From: the human T2T-CHM13v2.0 reference genome, Homo sapiens
Direction: 5' to 3' (one strand)
DNA length: 64,000 nucleotides
Assembly (NCBI RefSeq): GCF_009914755.1
Contig: NC_060935.1
Both the position numbers and the translations under genes were made by a program. Of this stretch, positions 25,101 through 38,477 are shown in pieces. Numbering within the stretch: the stretch's first letter is position 1; the number at the start of each line of letters is the position of its first letter. Below the pieces are notes generated by a model. It was not told the DNA's origin and made no database searches. It saw only the letters and a program-made list of their open reading frames with translations.

Positions 25101-28100
25101 ACAATTCAGATTACAATTCAAGATGAGATTTGGGTGGGCACACAGAGCCAGACCATGTCAGAATCCATCTATTCCTGGGCTCTTTTAGGTTGGTAGGTTT
25201 TTAAAATTACTGATTCAATTTTGGAATATGTTATTTGTCTGTTCAGGTTTTCACTTTCTTCCTGGTTAAATCTTGGGAGGTTGTGTGTTTCCAGAAATTT
25301 ATTAATTTCTTCTAGATTTTCTAATTTGTGTGCATAGAGGTGTTCATGGTAGTCTCTGAGGATGTCTTGTATTTCTGTGGGATCATTTGTAATGTCATCT
25401 TTGTTATTTCTGATTGAGCTTATTTGGATCCTTTTTCTTTTCTTTATTAATCTAGCTAGCGATCTATCAATCTTGTTTATTCCTTTGAAGAAACAATTCT
25501 TGGTTTCATTAATCTTTTGTGTGAACTTTTTGGTCTCCATTTCATTCAGTTCTTCTCTGATTTTATTTATTTCTTTTCTTCTACTATCTTTGGGGTTGGA
25601 TCATTCTTGTTTTCCTAGATCTTCTCGGTGCAATGTTACGTCATTAATTTGAGATCTTTCTAACCTCTTCATGAAGGCATTTAGCACTATAAAGTTTCCT
25701 CTTAACACTGTTTTAGCTGCTTTCCAAAGATTTTGGTAAGTTGTCTCTCTATTTTCATTAATTTCAAGGACCTTTTTAATTTCTGCCCTAATTGTGTTGT
25801 TCACCCAATAGTTATTTATTACTATTTAATAAATAGTTATTTAGAAGCAAATTGTTTGTTTTCCATGTTCTTATACAGTTTTGAGAGATATTCTTGTTTT
25901 TTTTTGTTATTTGTTTTTTGTTTTTTTGTTTTTTCACTGTGGTCCAAGAGTGTGCTTAGTATGATTTAAATTTTTTTTTGAATTTATTGAGACTTGCCTT
26001 ATGACCAAGCATATGGTCGATTTTAGACTATGTTCCATGTGTAGATGAAAAGAATGTATATTCTGTGGTTGTTGGATGGAATATTCTGTAGATGTCTATT
26101 AGGCCCAATTGGGCAAGTGTCAAGTTTAAGTTCAGAATATCTTTGTTAGTTTTCTTCCTCAATGATCTATTTGGCACTGTCAATTGGGTGCTGAAGTCCC
26201 CTATGTTATTGTGTGGCTGTCTGAATCTTTTTGCAGGTCAAAAACTTGTTATATATGTCTGGGTGCTCCAGTGTCAGGTGCATATATATTAGGATAGTAA
26301 ACTCTTTTTGTCGAAATAAACCCTTTATCATTATGTAATGCCCTTCTTTGTTTTTCCTGATTGTCGTTGGTTTAAAGTCTGTTTTATCTGATATTAGAAT
26401 CGTGACTCTTGCTTTTTTTTTGTTTTTTTTTTGTTTGCATGTTAGATCTTTCTCCATTCCCTTACTTCTAGCCCGTGGGTGTCATTACATGTGAGATGTG
26501 TCTCTTGAAGACAGCAGACAGTTGGGTCTTGTCTTTTTATACAGCTTGCCACTCTATGTCTTTTAAGATGGGTGTTTAGATCATTTACATTCAGGGTTAG
26601 TGTTAATATACAAGATTTTGATTTTGTTGTCATATTGCTGTTGTTTGTTTTGTAGACTTGCTTGTAAAATTGCTTCATATTGCCTGTGAGTGATGTGTAT
26701 GAGTATTTTTTTTTGGTGTGTGTGGTAGCAGGTTTCAATGTTTTGTGTCCATGTTTACCTTCCTTTTAGGGCCTTTTGTATGGCTTGTTTGGTGGTAACA
26801 AATTCCCTTAGTGCTTGCTTGTTTGAGAAGGATTTTATATCTCCTTTGCTCAAGAAAGTTAGTTTAGTGGGATATGAGATTCTTGGGTGGAATTTCTTTT
26901 CTCTAAGAATGCTTAAACATGCCCCCAATCTCTCCTAGTTTGTAAGGTTTCTGTTGAGAGGTCTGCTGCTTGCCTGATGAGGTTCCCTTTTTAGGTGACC
27001 TGACCTTTTCCTCTGGCTGCCTTCAATATTTTTTCTTTTGAATTCACCATGGCGAATTTGATAACTATATTCTTTGGGAGTGGTTGGCTTGTATAATATT
27101 TTGCAGTGGTTCTCTGTATTTCGTGATATGCCCTTCTCTCTAGCTAGATTAGGGAAATTTTCATGGACTATATTCTCAATTATGTTTTCCAGGTTTCTCT
27201 CTTTTTCTTTCAGAAATATTCATGAGTCATAGATTTGGTCTCTTTACATAATCTCATATTTCTCAGACATTTTGTTCATTTTTTAACATTATTTTTTCTT
27301 TGTTTTTGTCTGACTGAGTTGCTTCAAAGAACCAATCTTCAAGCTCTGAGATTCTTTCCTCAGCTTGGTCGATTCTGCTGTTTATGCTTCTGATTATATT
27401 ATAAATGTTTTGAAGTAAATTCTTCAGTTCTAGAAGTTTATTCTGTTTTTTTTTCTTAAAATGATTATTTCATCTTTCAGCTCCCAGGTTGTTTAACTGT
27501 ATTCCTTTTATTCCTTGGATTGGGTTTCAACTTTCTCCTTGATCTTGATGAACTTCCTTGCCATCCATATTCTGAATTCTGTGGCTGACATTTCAGTTAT
27601 CTCAATCTGGTTAAGAACCATTTCTGGGGAACTAGTGTGTTCATTTGTAAGTAAGGGCACACAGTGGCGTTTTGAGTTGCTAGAGCTCTTGCACTGATTC
27701 TTTCTCATGTGCAAGGGCTAGTGTTTCTTTAACTGTGACGTAAGTTGAGTATAGTCAGTTGGCTTTGTTTCTGGATGCTTTCAGATGGCCAAGACTCTGT
27801 GCAGATCTTTTTTTTTTGTGGCTGATTTTTTTCCTTTAGTTTTCACAGGTGCTGTATATTGGCAAAATATTTTAGTGTTGTGATTTGGGCTGTTATTCAG
27901 TAGGTGGAAGTTAAGAGTTGTGGCCAGCAGATAGACTCTTAGCCCATGGATCTTTTACATTTTGGTGCATTTTGGCTATAGTGCTGTATGGGTATGAGGG
28001 AGAGAGATGACTCCCTCACCTGTTCTGCTCCTGGGTCTTGGAGGAGCCCCCTCCAATAACTGTTTTCATGCCAGCATTTTCTTTGTTAGGTGTTCTGGGC

Positions 28101-29055
28101 CACAAGGCTCCCTCAGGAAGGGGATATGGTTGGCAGACAGGCCATACCCTTCCCAGGCCTACCTGGTGCAGGGAGGCTTGTCCTACTCCCCTGCTGGCCT
28201 GTGAGAACTCAGGCATCTCAGCCCTCACAGTATTCTAAGAGTGAAGGCTCCCCACCTGCTTGGGCGCCAACCAAGCTAGCAAGTCCCACTCAGCTAGGAG
28301 TAGCAGGAGTGGGTGGTGTCATCTGATCCACCGTTTGAGTGCTTCCTAGGGGAACATGGGGCTGTGCCCACCCACAGAATTTTGCTAGAGGCAAGACTGT
28401 GTGCCGGAAACCCCAGCTGGTGTGTCCCACCAAGCAAGAAGCAATGAGGGTGGGTGAGGTCTCCTGTTCCACCATTCAGGTGCTTCCTGGGGGAACATGG
28501 AGCTGTGTCCCCTGGCAGAGTTCAGCCAGAAGCTGAGCTGCTGTGCTGGAAGCTAGCACCGAGCCTTGTCTGTCAGGGGGAATGGTCTAAACTTACTGCT
28601 TCCAGACACCATGACTATGGCCTCTATCATGGCTATGGCAGCTAGCACTGGGCTGGTCCAGGGTCCAAGGCCTGTGGGAGGTCCCCATGGACTTGAGTGT
28701 CACCTTTATAAAAACTCTAGGTGGCTCTTTGTATCAATCTAGAGGCCCAGGGGGCCAAGGTGATTCTCTCGTTTCCAGGATTGTACAGGTCCCTGTGGGA
28801 AGTGTGAATCCCCCAGGGTCTCTCACTCGTTCACCTTTTCTCCATGTTGGGGAGCTCCTTTTGGCTTCTTGTTGATCCCAGATGTGCTGCTGCCAAGCTT
28901 CACTGTTCTCTGTTCTCAGTGTCCCCTCACTTCCTTGATGGATCCCTAGGAGGTTTTTCAGACAATTGGCTTGTGGTGTCTGTGTTTACTCACCACTCTC
29001 TCTGTGAGAGCGGCACATACCAGTTACTTCTAGTCTGCCATCTTGACCCTCTCTT
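22195..29055 (-). mobile_element. Near full-length, inactive LINE-1 (L1PA15/16-like) with disrupted ORF1 and ORF2
   Basis: 3' end at ~22200 (ttcaacttttact...catgcaggtttgttacat). Minus-strand ORF2 fragments: [67 protein letters not shown] (endonuclease). ORF1 start MRKNQ..EFRIWMARK (27508-27714). 5' end reads gagagggtcaagatggcagactagaag on the minus strand near 29050. Confidence 0.95.
24795..25160 (-). mobile_element. THE1 (MaLR) solo LTR inserted in L1 ORF2
   Basis: TG...CA ends, ggctggggaggcctcagga...gatctcgtgagaactcac...agatgagatttgggtgg; 5-bp TSD GAATC at 24790-24794 and 25161-25165. Confidence 0.93.
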
Positions 29056-31949
29056 GCTTTAATTTTATATTATTAGGTATCTGCAAGTATTAGGTAGGAA
29101 ATCTCAAGGGGGTGACCCAGATTCTGCCTTGGGCACATCCAAGACAAGGAAAGGAAGAAAATCCTGCTATGACACATTCCTCCCATCCCTATGTGACCTT
29201 TGCTGCTCCCTTGAAAGGTGTTCAGTTCCACTTAGGCTGATCTAGCCTTGCTGGGGCTGAGGCTCCGCAGCTGAAGATAACTGAGAATGAGGTATTAGTT
29301 TCTAAGGAAAAAATCCCCATAGGCTAATCTGGCATCAAGATGATTAATGCTTTTTACTAACAAATAAAAGTTCAGGAGTCCCAGGGAGTTCAGTCACCTT
29401 AATGCCATTAAAGCTATAAATATTCTTTGAAGACATAGACTGTGGTATTGAAATATCAGCCAAATGATCTGTAGTGGCTGTGGAAATTTACTACTTCCCT
29501 TGAGAAGTGACTATGCTCATAGCCTGTAGAGCCTTCTGAGTCTGCTTATCCTATTCAAATTGTACATTATCTTTCAGGGTTCTTAGCAGTACCATTGGTC
29601 ATCTTTGAGGGGAGGCTAGACCCTACTAAAACCATCATTTAGGAGGAGGTGGAGGGCTTTGCCTAGGGTGCCTTCATTAACTTCTATTTTTTACTCCTGA
29701 ATTCATTTTCTTCTACAAAAAAGCTATTAATGTGGTGTCCAGATCAATTTGTTTCAGCCATTTTCCTTATTGTATTCATTCTGCATACTATTAGGATCAA
29801 TTTCTTTCTATGGGATCCCTGGATCTTATGACAGGACATGAACTCTTGTTCCGGGGAAAACTTACAAAAGCACCCACATTGATCAGGGTAGCACAACATC
29901 CCAGATCCTGGGCTTATTGTACTTTCATAGGACCCATACAGCCCTTTGGAGACACAAATCTCAGATGATGAAAAATTCAATCCAAGGAAATGCAGTAATG
30001 TCTCATGTCTTTTATTTTTGAATCCTCAGAGTCTAGAACTGTGCTCCAGCTTTGAAATGAATCACTTAAAAATAATATGTAAGTATGAAAATGCAGTGGA
30101 ACTTATGCTCTGCACATTATTGGATTTGGGTATGCCTGGAGATCTGGGATCTTGGGTGGGTGAGGTAGGGGTGAGTGAATGGAACATGAAGGCAGTTTGT
30201 AGAGGTCTATTTGTGTGGGGAGCCACTTTGGGTAGGAAAGTATCTTAAAGGGAGAAATATATGTGCATGAAGGGCTTGGACTATTTACATGGTTTTGGTG
30301 ATGGAGGTGGGGCAAGAGTAGGTATGATTCTGCATGTAATGTGGTACCAGTCCCTCTGGTCTATGCCCCGCTCAATTCCATGGAATTGTAGCTGAGCTGC
30401 GGGGGAAGAGAGGACGTCCTGCAATGTATTTCATTACTACTCTTTCCACTTTATATTACACTCAATTGGAGGGGTCTGGCAGTGCTGTGCTGGTTATCCC
30501 ACCCCTTGGTGCCACAGACCACTTTCCAGTTTTGGTTGTTCCAGAGAGCAGGTAATGGCATCAGGTAGGAAACTATAGTAACCTGAGAGAAGACAGCAGA
30601 GGCAGTGTGGTAGTAGTGTGCCCACAAAAGACTCATAGTTCCTGACTAGATTTGCCTGTGTACATATAAATAAACTCCCATAAATGCTTGTGGGGGTTGG
30701 GGGTCTTTGTCAGAGGCTGAAGTTTTACATGATCAGATGGTGTCAAGGATACAGATATTTTTATGGTTGTTGTTAATGTCACCTGGACCTTTAGGCTGTG
30801 GAAGTGTGTGTGTATGTGCATGTGAATGTGGATGTGTGTGTGTGTTCCTCAAATTCAGGGATACTCAATTGAATCTCTAGGGATCCTTAGAGATTGGAGG
30901 CTCTTTCACAGCTTCTCTGGTGCTAATTTGAAATATGGCTGGGTCAGCATGTCTGGATGACTTTCCAGTTGGTTTCCCAGGAGAAAGAAAACAGCTCAGA
31001 GCACTTGTTAGTCCAAAGGTTTAAATTCACTAGAGTCAAGATAATTAAGGATCTCCAGGAGAGCACAGAGAACAGTAATTGAGAGAAGCCAAGTGAAAAA
31101 TAATATGGAGAGAAAGGGAGATGAAGGGCATTAATACACAAGAAGTTGGCAGGTCCTTGTTTAGATGATAGAAGGGCTGAGATGATAACAAGAAAGGTTG
31201 GGACAAGTTGTAGCCAAAGGAAATTTCATTTGAACATTTGTCAGGATGTCTAAAATGAGGGATCTATTGAACGAAGGGCACAGAAAAGGAATTATCTGAC
31301 TCGTTAAGAATGAGCATTCCCCTAGCTGAACAAAGATCAGCAGGCTGAGGGGGTGGCTAAGAAAATACCATTACAACCTCTGCTGCTTCTAACCCTGACA
31401 GAGTTGGAACAAAGCTGAGTTTTGAAGGCAGAATTGACACCATGATGATGGAACTTGTGTCTTGCTGTGCCAATGCCATCCAGAGATGTGAGCAGTTAAA
31501 GGACTAAAATGAAATGGAGCCAGAAAATCAATATTATTTGGCTGGGCAAGCAGTTGGGAGCCTGCAGTTCACAGGGGGCTCCGTGCTAAGCGCTTGATTT
31601 CTTTTCTGCTTTTCAAGAGAGACTAGTAGTTCAGCGAGTCCAATGCTCTTGCTCCTTCCTTCAACTTGGAGACATTGGTAGGCAGAACTGAAGTGCAGTT
31701 TGCTAGAAAAGCAGCACTGTTCTGGATGAATGATGGTTTTATACAAGATAATGCCTTTCTGAGGCTGGAGCACTGGCTTTGAGACTTCCCCATTCAGTGC
31801 AAGCTGGACCAAGCAGGCCTGTGTCAGACAAGGACAATGAATCCAAGGCAAGTCATACGATGACTCCCTGTTGTTAAAAGAGCATTCATGTACTACCCAG
31901 CACTGTCTATGCTCCAGTGAACATGATACTTCACTGTTATCCTTCCTGT

Positions 31950-32043
31950 GGGGTTATGCCCACCATCCCAGTTTCCCAGGATGTAGGACTCTGACTACTA
32001 AAACCAAGAGAGCCCCTGGCAAACTGGGATGGTAGTCACACTA
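31950..32043. mobile_element. hAT-Blackjack MITE (MER81-like)
   Basis: ccatcccagtttcccagga...ggcaaactgggatggtagtcacac (internal inverted ends). Confidence 0.6.
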
Positions 32044-33139
32044 GCATAGGAGAGCCTTATTAGGTATGCCCTATGCTTAGTGCTTTACCTGATTTATCTC
32101 ATGCATTTCCTCTATCACTTCTGAGGAAGACTGTTATTTGTTCCCATTTTTGGATGAAGATAGCCAGGCAAAAACACGTTAGTTAACTTGCCTAACAAAA
32201 TGTTAATGTCCGTTCTCTTTGAGTTGTGAGAGTCCAAGTGAACTTTACTGTTTTTCCATGTTCTATATATTTTTAAAATTTATTAAATGAACGTGTATTA
32301 TGCCATAATATAAAAAAACCCAATTAACCTATTTTCCTTGTGGGAAAGTAAGTAATTTACCAACATCATGTATTTAATGAGTTGAGTCTAGAACCCTGCA
32401 TTGATGAATTCCCAACCACCATAGCAGCAGGACTGGCTTAAAGAAGAAATTCCCTCATTTTAAGGTCTTTCTGGTTCTTTAGGCAGTTTCCATCCTCACC
32501 TCTGACTGCCTTAGAACCAACCTATGCTGAATTCTCTAAAATAAGAATGTTAGAATGAGTTTTCTTTGTGTAAAAGCTTCTCAACTAGGCAGAGTACTCT
32601 CTTTGGCGGTGAGAAAATTTCTTTTTAGCTACAAGATGCCAGATACGAGAATCTTACTCTTAGCATATTTAATTAGCACCCTGGGGCAAATGCTGATAAA
32701 GTCCTATTTCTCATTATTATGGGAGAGTATGTGGAAACCCAGTGGAGGGCTCCAAAATTTCTCTATTTTATCACTAGGGCTGTTCATCCCCTGCTGTCTT
32801 GCACATCTGTGCAGTTCCAGTTGCTGCCTCAGAGAGAAAGGGCAGCAAGGAAGGTCGCCCAAGTGACCCTACCAATGGAGGAGGGGCAGAGGAAGCTTTG
32901 AGCTTAGCTGGGCTGAAGTCCTCAAACTTACTTGGGAAACAACTCTTTTCTATACCTTCCAGGTTTGCCTTGAATGTTCCAAATTTATGGGACTCATGCT
33001 CATCCTAAAGCAAATTCCTCTGTTTTGTGTTTCCCCTTAATAAGCCTGAAACATTTAAGTGGATTGGAAGTCTCCTTGCAATGATTCTCCCACTCTGACT
33101 TGTACACACTTATGGCACTAGTTTGTTGGGAAGCACTTT

Positions 33140-33360
33140 GGTATAGTGATTGAGGCTCTGGAATCAGACTGCCTGAGTTTGAATGCCAACACTGACCTCT
33201 TTTAGCTATGTGACTTTGTGTAATTAAGTTCATCCCTCTAAGTGTAAATGTTCTTATATATAAAATGGGATAATAATCATACCTAACTCATAAGACTGAT
33301 GTCAGGATTAAACAATGTAATGTACATATATTACCTGCTTCAGAGTAAATGCTCAATATC
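33140..33360 (+). mobile_element. MIR
   Basis: ggctctggaatcagactgcctgagtttgaat...tagctatgtgactttg...taaaatgggataataatcatacctaactca. Confidence 0.85.
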
Positions 33361-33379
33361 TGTGTTTTCACCTGGATTT

Positions 33380-33710
33380 AACAGGGGCAGGCAGGGATCA
33401 TGAGGAAGCTTGAACTCACAGGCATGAGCTGAAGCTATTGTCCATGAGTTTTCTGGATGGGAAGGTCACAAGCAGGCTGGAACTACATGGTTATGTTCAT
33501 GATGTTTGGGAAAGCCTCATTCCTGCTTTTAAAGTCTTCCACTTGATAAAGTTAGAATCACCCAGGATCGTCTCTCTTACTTAAAGTCAACTGATTAGGG
33601 ACTTTAATTACATCTACTAAATCCCTTTACCCCACTACCTAGATAGTGTGTTTTGCTGAATAACCAGACCCTGTAACTAGCCAAGGTGATGCCCCCAAAA
33701 GCCATCCCCA
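33380..33710 (-). mobile_element. ERVL/MaLR LTR fragment (MLT2/MLT1-like)
   Basis: cttacttaaagtcaactgattagggactttaattacatc...tagccaaggtga...gccatc. Confidence 0.55.
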
Positions 33711-33729
33711 ACTTTTAGCTGTGATCATT

Positions 33730-34197
33730 TATTTTAGTTTCCTGTGTCTGCTGTGACAAATTACCACAACCTTAGTAGCTTAACAGAAATATATTCTTTC
33801 ACAGTTCTGGATGCCAGAAGTCTGAAACTAGAATCACTGGGCTGAAATCAGTGTGTCAGGAGAGTGGCATCCCCTCTGGAAGCTCTAGGGGAGAATCAGT
33901 TTCTTGCCTCTTCCAGATTTTGGTGACAGCCAGCATTCCTTGGCTTGTGGCTACATTGTTCCAATGTCTGCCTCTCTGGTCACATTGCTTTCTCCTTCTC
34001 TATGTATGTCAAATCTCCCTCTGCCTCTTTCTTATAAGGATACTTGTGATTACATTTAGGACCTATCCAAATAATCTTGCATCTCAGGACCTTTAATGTA
34101 ATCATGTTGGAAAAGACATTTTCCATATAAAGTAACATTTACAATTTCCAAGGATGAAAACCTAATATCTTTGGGGACCATTATTCAGACTGCTACA
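33730..34197 (-). mobile_element. MaLR solo LTR (MLT1 family)
   Basis: tagtttcctgtgtctgctgtgacaaattaccacaac...cacagttctggatgccagaagtc...cattccttggcttgtggc...ggggaccattattcagactgctaca. Confidence 0.88.
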
Positions 34198-34209
34198 TCA
34201 CCTCCTCAT

Positions 34210-34480
34210 GTATTTTTGGAAGCTTGCTTTGTGCCAGGGACTTTGCCAAGCTGTTGGGAATACTAAGATGGAATAGTCACAGTCTCTTTCTTCAAGGAGC
34301 TGACTGGTAACAGAGAGTCTTCAGGTACATGAGGAGCCTAGCAGTAATACCAAGAGGTGAGCCAAAGTGCCTCTGGATGGTTATTTGTGATATGGTGCAG
34401 GATTTTAGAGAAGAAAAGAGATCACTTTCAACTGTGAAGATCTGAGAAGGTTTCACGGAGAAGAGAGGATATGATTGTCC
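34210..34480 (-). mobile_element. L2 fragment
   Basis: tttgtgccagggact...ctgttgggaatactaagatg...cttcaaggagctgac. Confidence 0.5.
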
Positions 34481-34486
34481 AGAGCA

Positions 34487-34675
34487 ATCCATTTCAAATT
34501 TGAGCATGTATAACATCACCTATGAAACTTCTAAAAACACAGATTGCTGGGCCTTACCCCCAGAGTTTCAGATTTAACAGGTCTAAAGTAGGGCCTAAGA
34601 ATGTGCATTTTAAGCAAATTCAGGGGTGGTGAGGATGCTGCTGGTCTGGAGACCACACTTTGAGAAACACTGTTC
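34487..34675. mobile_element. MER5A (hAT-Charlie MITE)
   Basis: acagattgctgggccttacccccagagtttcagatt...gggcctaagaatgtgcatttt...gaccacactttgagaaacactg. Confidence 0.85.
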
Positions 34676-34739
34676 TATACACATAAAGATGATGGTGGGA
34701 GGGGAGGTAGCTCTTTCCTCTCTTGAATTAATTTAGGTC

Positions 34740-35000
34740 ACTATTTAGAGGTCACTTTCTCAGAGAGCACTCCTCCTTCCTCCTTTAAGACAGAAAAAAA
34801 CTTGTCACATGAATTTACCCTGCTACATTTCTTCATATTATTTATCATCACTATTGAGGGGGTGGTGTCTCTCTCTCCTGCCAGGAGGTAAGCTTCATGA
34901 GGATGCAAACTCTGGCTCTTTTGTTCACAGCACTTAGAAAAGTGGTTAGCACATGGTAGGTGCTCCATAAATATTTGTTAAGTGAAAGAGTGAATGATCT
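34740..35000 (+). mobile_element. L2 3' end
   Basis: gtaagcttcatgagg...ttagcacatggtaggtgctccataaatatttgttaagtgaa. Confidence 0.7.
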
Positions 35001-35929
35001 TAGGTCTCATGTAGCTTAAAGTTCGTTAACTCCTCTGACCTTGTTCCTTCAACACTAAACCAGTCACTTCATCCTGAGAACAATTATTTAAATAGAATTA
35101 AATCAGTCAAGTTGGCTGTTTGAGAGGATTTTTTCATTTTTTTCAGTATGTTCTAGTTGACACAGTCTATGCAGAGCTGAAGATAATTTGGAATTTCCTT
35201 AAGCAGTGAAGAAATGCCCATAAAGTAATTAGGTTGGTTTAAACTCATTTAATTCTTAATATTTCCATTTTTGAATAAATATTTCATGCATTGCCCTTCT
35301 GGGAGGCAAACAGCCAGGAAATTTCAGCAATAATGTGTGTATAGAATTTCTTTTTTCCCCACAGTAGCACATTTTGAAAGATATCTCAACAGATTATGAC
35401 AAGTAGAACAGGAAAATATTATTTTAATTTCCCTGGGTCAATTATTAGAATTACTGAAAAATATACTTAAATCACACTTTATCAGTGTGATCCACTCTGA
35501 GGAGGAGGGTAAGTAAAAAAGAACTGGACTGGTTTATCATAATTAAGTTTGTGCCCAAAATGCCAAAACAAATCAAACCCATTGGACGCATCTGTCTTCC
35601 AGCTATTGAATATAACTGTGAAAAGGGGGATTGAGCCTGTCTAAATGCGGCATGCTGCTATAAAGCAGGTGGTAAAATCTAAATAAAATTTAAAACAAAG
35701 TACATCTTATGAGCTATGTTCCTAAATTTTCCCTTCAGAAACAGATGTCACATAATAAACCGTAATAAAAACTTTGAACATGTAGAAGGACATTTTGAAT
35801 AATTAGAAATTTATTTTAGTCATCGAGTGTGATGATAACTACAGGGCTCTTCTCTAATTCATCTCCTTGAAGCAGAACGAGAGGTAGAAATGAGGTCAGG
35901 TTAGGGGCAACATGCTCTATGTGGAAAGG

Positions 35930-36042
35930 TGGGGTGATCAACTCATCCCAGTTTGTCTGGGACTTTCCCAGTTTTAGCACTTACTATCTGGTATCCCAGA
36001 AAACCTCTATGTTCTGGGAATACTTGGATAACTGGTCCCCTA
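35930..36042. mobile_element. hAT-Blackjack MITE (MER81-like)
   Basis: ggggtgatcaactcatcccagtttgtctgggactttcccagttttagcac...ctggtccccta. Confidence 0.65.
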
Positions 36043-36453
36043 GGCACAAGCTGGCTCTCTTATTAGGTAATGACTTCCTACTACTAAGGATAGTACCTAG
36101 AGGTTGAATGGCCATTTCCCTGCCTGAGGTGGTTCAATCTCTAATGAATTTTAGAGGCTGGCTGGCTGCAGTTCTCTCATTCTCCAAACAAGTAAATCCT
36201 CATCTCAAGAAGCTAAATACCTAATTATACTCATATAAAACAGCATGTACTTGTGCAGATTCCTATTTTGTCTTAACTTTAAAACAAAGGTGGATGAATT
36301 TATGAATTCTTAACAGTTGATCTTTGCTTTTAAAGGTCTGTTTGACAAGTAATTCACTCCCCTTCCAATGATATACAGTTATATGATGTTTAAATGCCCT
36401 AATCTTGTACCAATACTTTTTTTTGCTTTTGTTGGTAAAAGGACTATTTTAAA

Positions 36454-36456
36454 TGT

Positions 36457-36504
<48 letters not shown>

Positions 36505-36540
36505 CAGAGAGAGAGAGAAAGAGAAAGAAAGAAAGAAAAG
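36454..36540. repeat. (TG)n(AG)n compound microsatellite
   Basis: tgtgtgtg...gagagagag...aaagaaag. Confidence 0.95.
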
Positions 36541-36974
36541 GGGGCAAGGAGAACAAATACTGTGTGGTAGGATTTTCTTTTCTTTCAAATTTTATCATTT
36601 AGTAGCTCTTCTAGTGATACTTTTCACTTGAAACAAAAGCTACACACCGTTTGTTTTGGAGGACATCTTCTTAAACTGTCATTCCCTTGTGTATTCTCCC
36701 TGTGGGATATGGGTGATGTGTGGGCATCAAGGAATCTCAGACTGAAACCTTGAACCCATAGCCTCAGAGTGATAGGAATGGGTGGGTTTGAGTGGGTAAG
36801 TGGGAGGCAGCACAGCCTAACTAGAAGAGTGAGATTTACTTCCTCATTTCCCTGCCATCGCAGGTCATCACAAATAAACAACTGGCTTTTTAGATTAAAT
36901 TGTGTGTCTGCTCTAGAAAGGATGAAACAGTTCCTTGGAAAATCAGTATGCGTGAAAGATTGTAAAATGGCCAC

Positions 36975-37360
36975 CCAGTATTAATTCTCTTCTTTCTTGC
37001 TGACAGATTCCTTATTTTGTTTGAGGCAGCAATGTGAGCCATTTAAAACACTCAATTTCCCAGCTTCATTTGCAGGTTGGGTGGCCATGTAGTATAGTTC
37101 TGACTAATGAAGTACAGGCATAAATGCCCTTTGCTTTTCCTTTACTGGAGAAGCAGTGACCATATTGTGACCACAAGGCAACAATCATGAAGAAAAGGGC
37201 AAGGAAATCTCAAAACATCAGTTATGACATTTTTGAGTCGGTGAATGAACACCTACCTCTGGAATTTTTGTTAAATGAGATAACTTGGTTAAACTTCTGT
37301 TAATAGCTACAGTTGTAGGATTTTCTGTTTCCTGCAAGTAATTGCTTTCTAACTGATCCA
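36975..37360 (+). mobile_element. Old MaLR LTR (MLT1I/J/K-like)
   Basis: tttcccagcttcatttgcagg...ggccatgt...gttctgactaatga...gattttctgtttcctgcaag...ctaactgatcca. Confidence 0.65.
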
Positions 37361-37523
37361 GGATAGTATGATACAGTGGAGAGTGTGCCACAGGACGAAG
37401 CCAGAAAACTGTTCTTGGCTTCCTTTTTTCTGCTTTTATAGATGATCTTTTGAGGTCCATTTTAGGTCTGAGAGGTAGAATTCCAATTCCAAGTCATTTT
37501 TGAAATAGAATTTGTTATGTCTT

Positions 37524-37526
<3 letters not shown>

Positions 37527-37568
<42 letters not shown>
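37527..37568. repeat. (GT)n microsatellite
   Basis: pure GT run of about 21 units. Confidence 0.97.
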
Positions 37569-37570
<2 letters not shown>

Positions 37571-38477
37571 GAGTATCTATGATAGTTAATAGTAATAATG
37601 AAGATTATTTAGTCTAAACCAGAGCCTATTTTCTTGCTGCTCCCTACTAAGTTTCTCTGGCAAAGATGTTTGTCTTCTCTGGGTTACGTTTGGTTCAGCT
37701 ACGGCAATTCTGTTATGTATCCTGACCTTCTACCCAAAGCTTGTGTTGAAATTGATTAATGTTGATGAATTGCCTTGAGCTTCATGAAGATCTGAAATTA
37801 TTACAACCTGAGGAAGGAAGGGCCATGCTTACGTGACTAAGACAGACAAATCTATAACCGAATCTGCAATTTCTGTTTTTCTTAAGCTGCACTTGTGAAT
37901 GGACCCCTGTTCCTCCTTCTTCACTCTCTGTAGCACCATGGAGTTAAAATGTAGTAAGTTGAAATGGCTGTGCTCTGAGTCTATCTGATGTCACTGTTGT
38001 TAACTCGACACAGAGGCAGGCAAGGTTTCATGACTTGTTGGAGGTCATGAAATCCACCCACTTCAGGGATGACCTTGATGTCTTCCACGAATTCAGGCTC
38101 TGATAAGTATAATTAACTCTAACCAGTGGGAAATCTCAAAAGGAACAGCTTCTTCCTCAATATTGAACTAACGAAGAAAGCGAGCTGCCATTTAAGATAA
38201 ATATTAACATGCTGCCAATAACTGAGTGAAGGTTTGGAGATATTTATCGGTGTAGTTTTTTCACAGAAGAAGGAAAACAAAATGTTGATTGCCATGGTTC
38301 CTCAAACTGAGAAACAAAATGACAGGGATTATTTCAATCTTGTACTCCTACTAAGCTTCCTTTTTTACCAGTGCCTACCTTTCTAACTCTCTCATGCCCA
38401 TTTAATGTTAATAATTTTCTGGGGCAGCTGACTACTTTCCTCCTGTGCTCCCCTTCATGAGCTGGCTACAAAGCTTC

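Noticed and set aside
22814-27714. Multiple minus-strand ORFs with endonuclease/reverse transcriptase motifs
   Set aside because: Broken fragments of a dead LINE-1 ORF1/ORF2, not a gene or a novel RT system.
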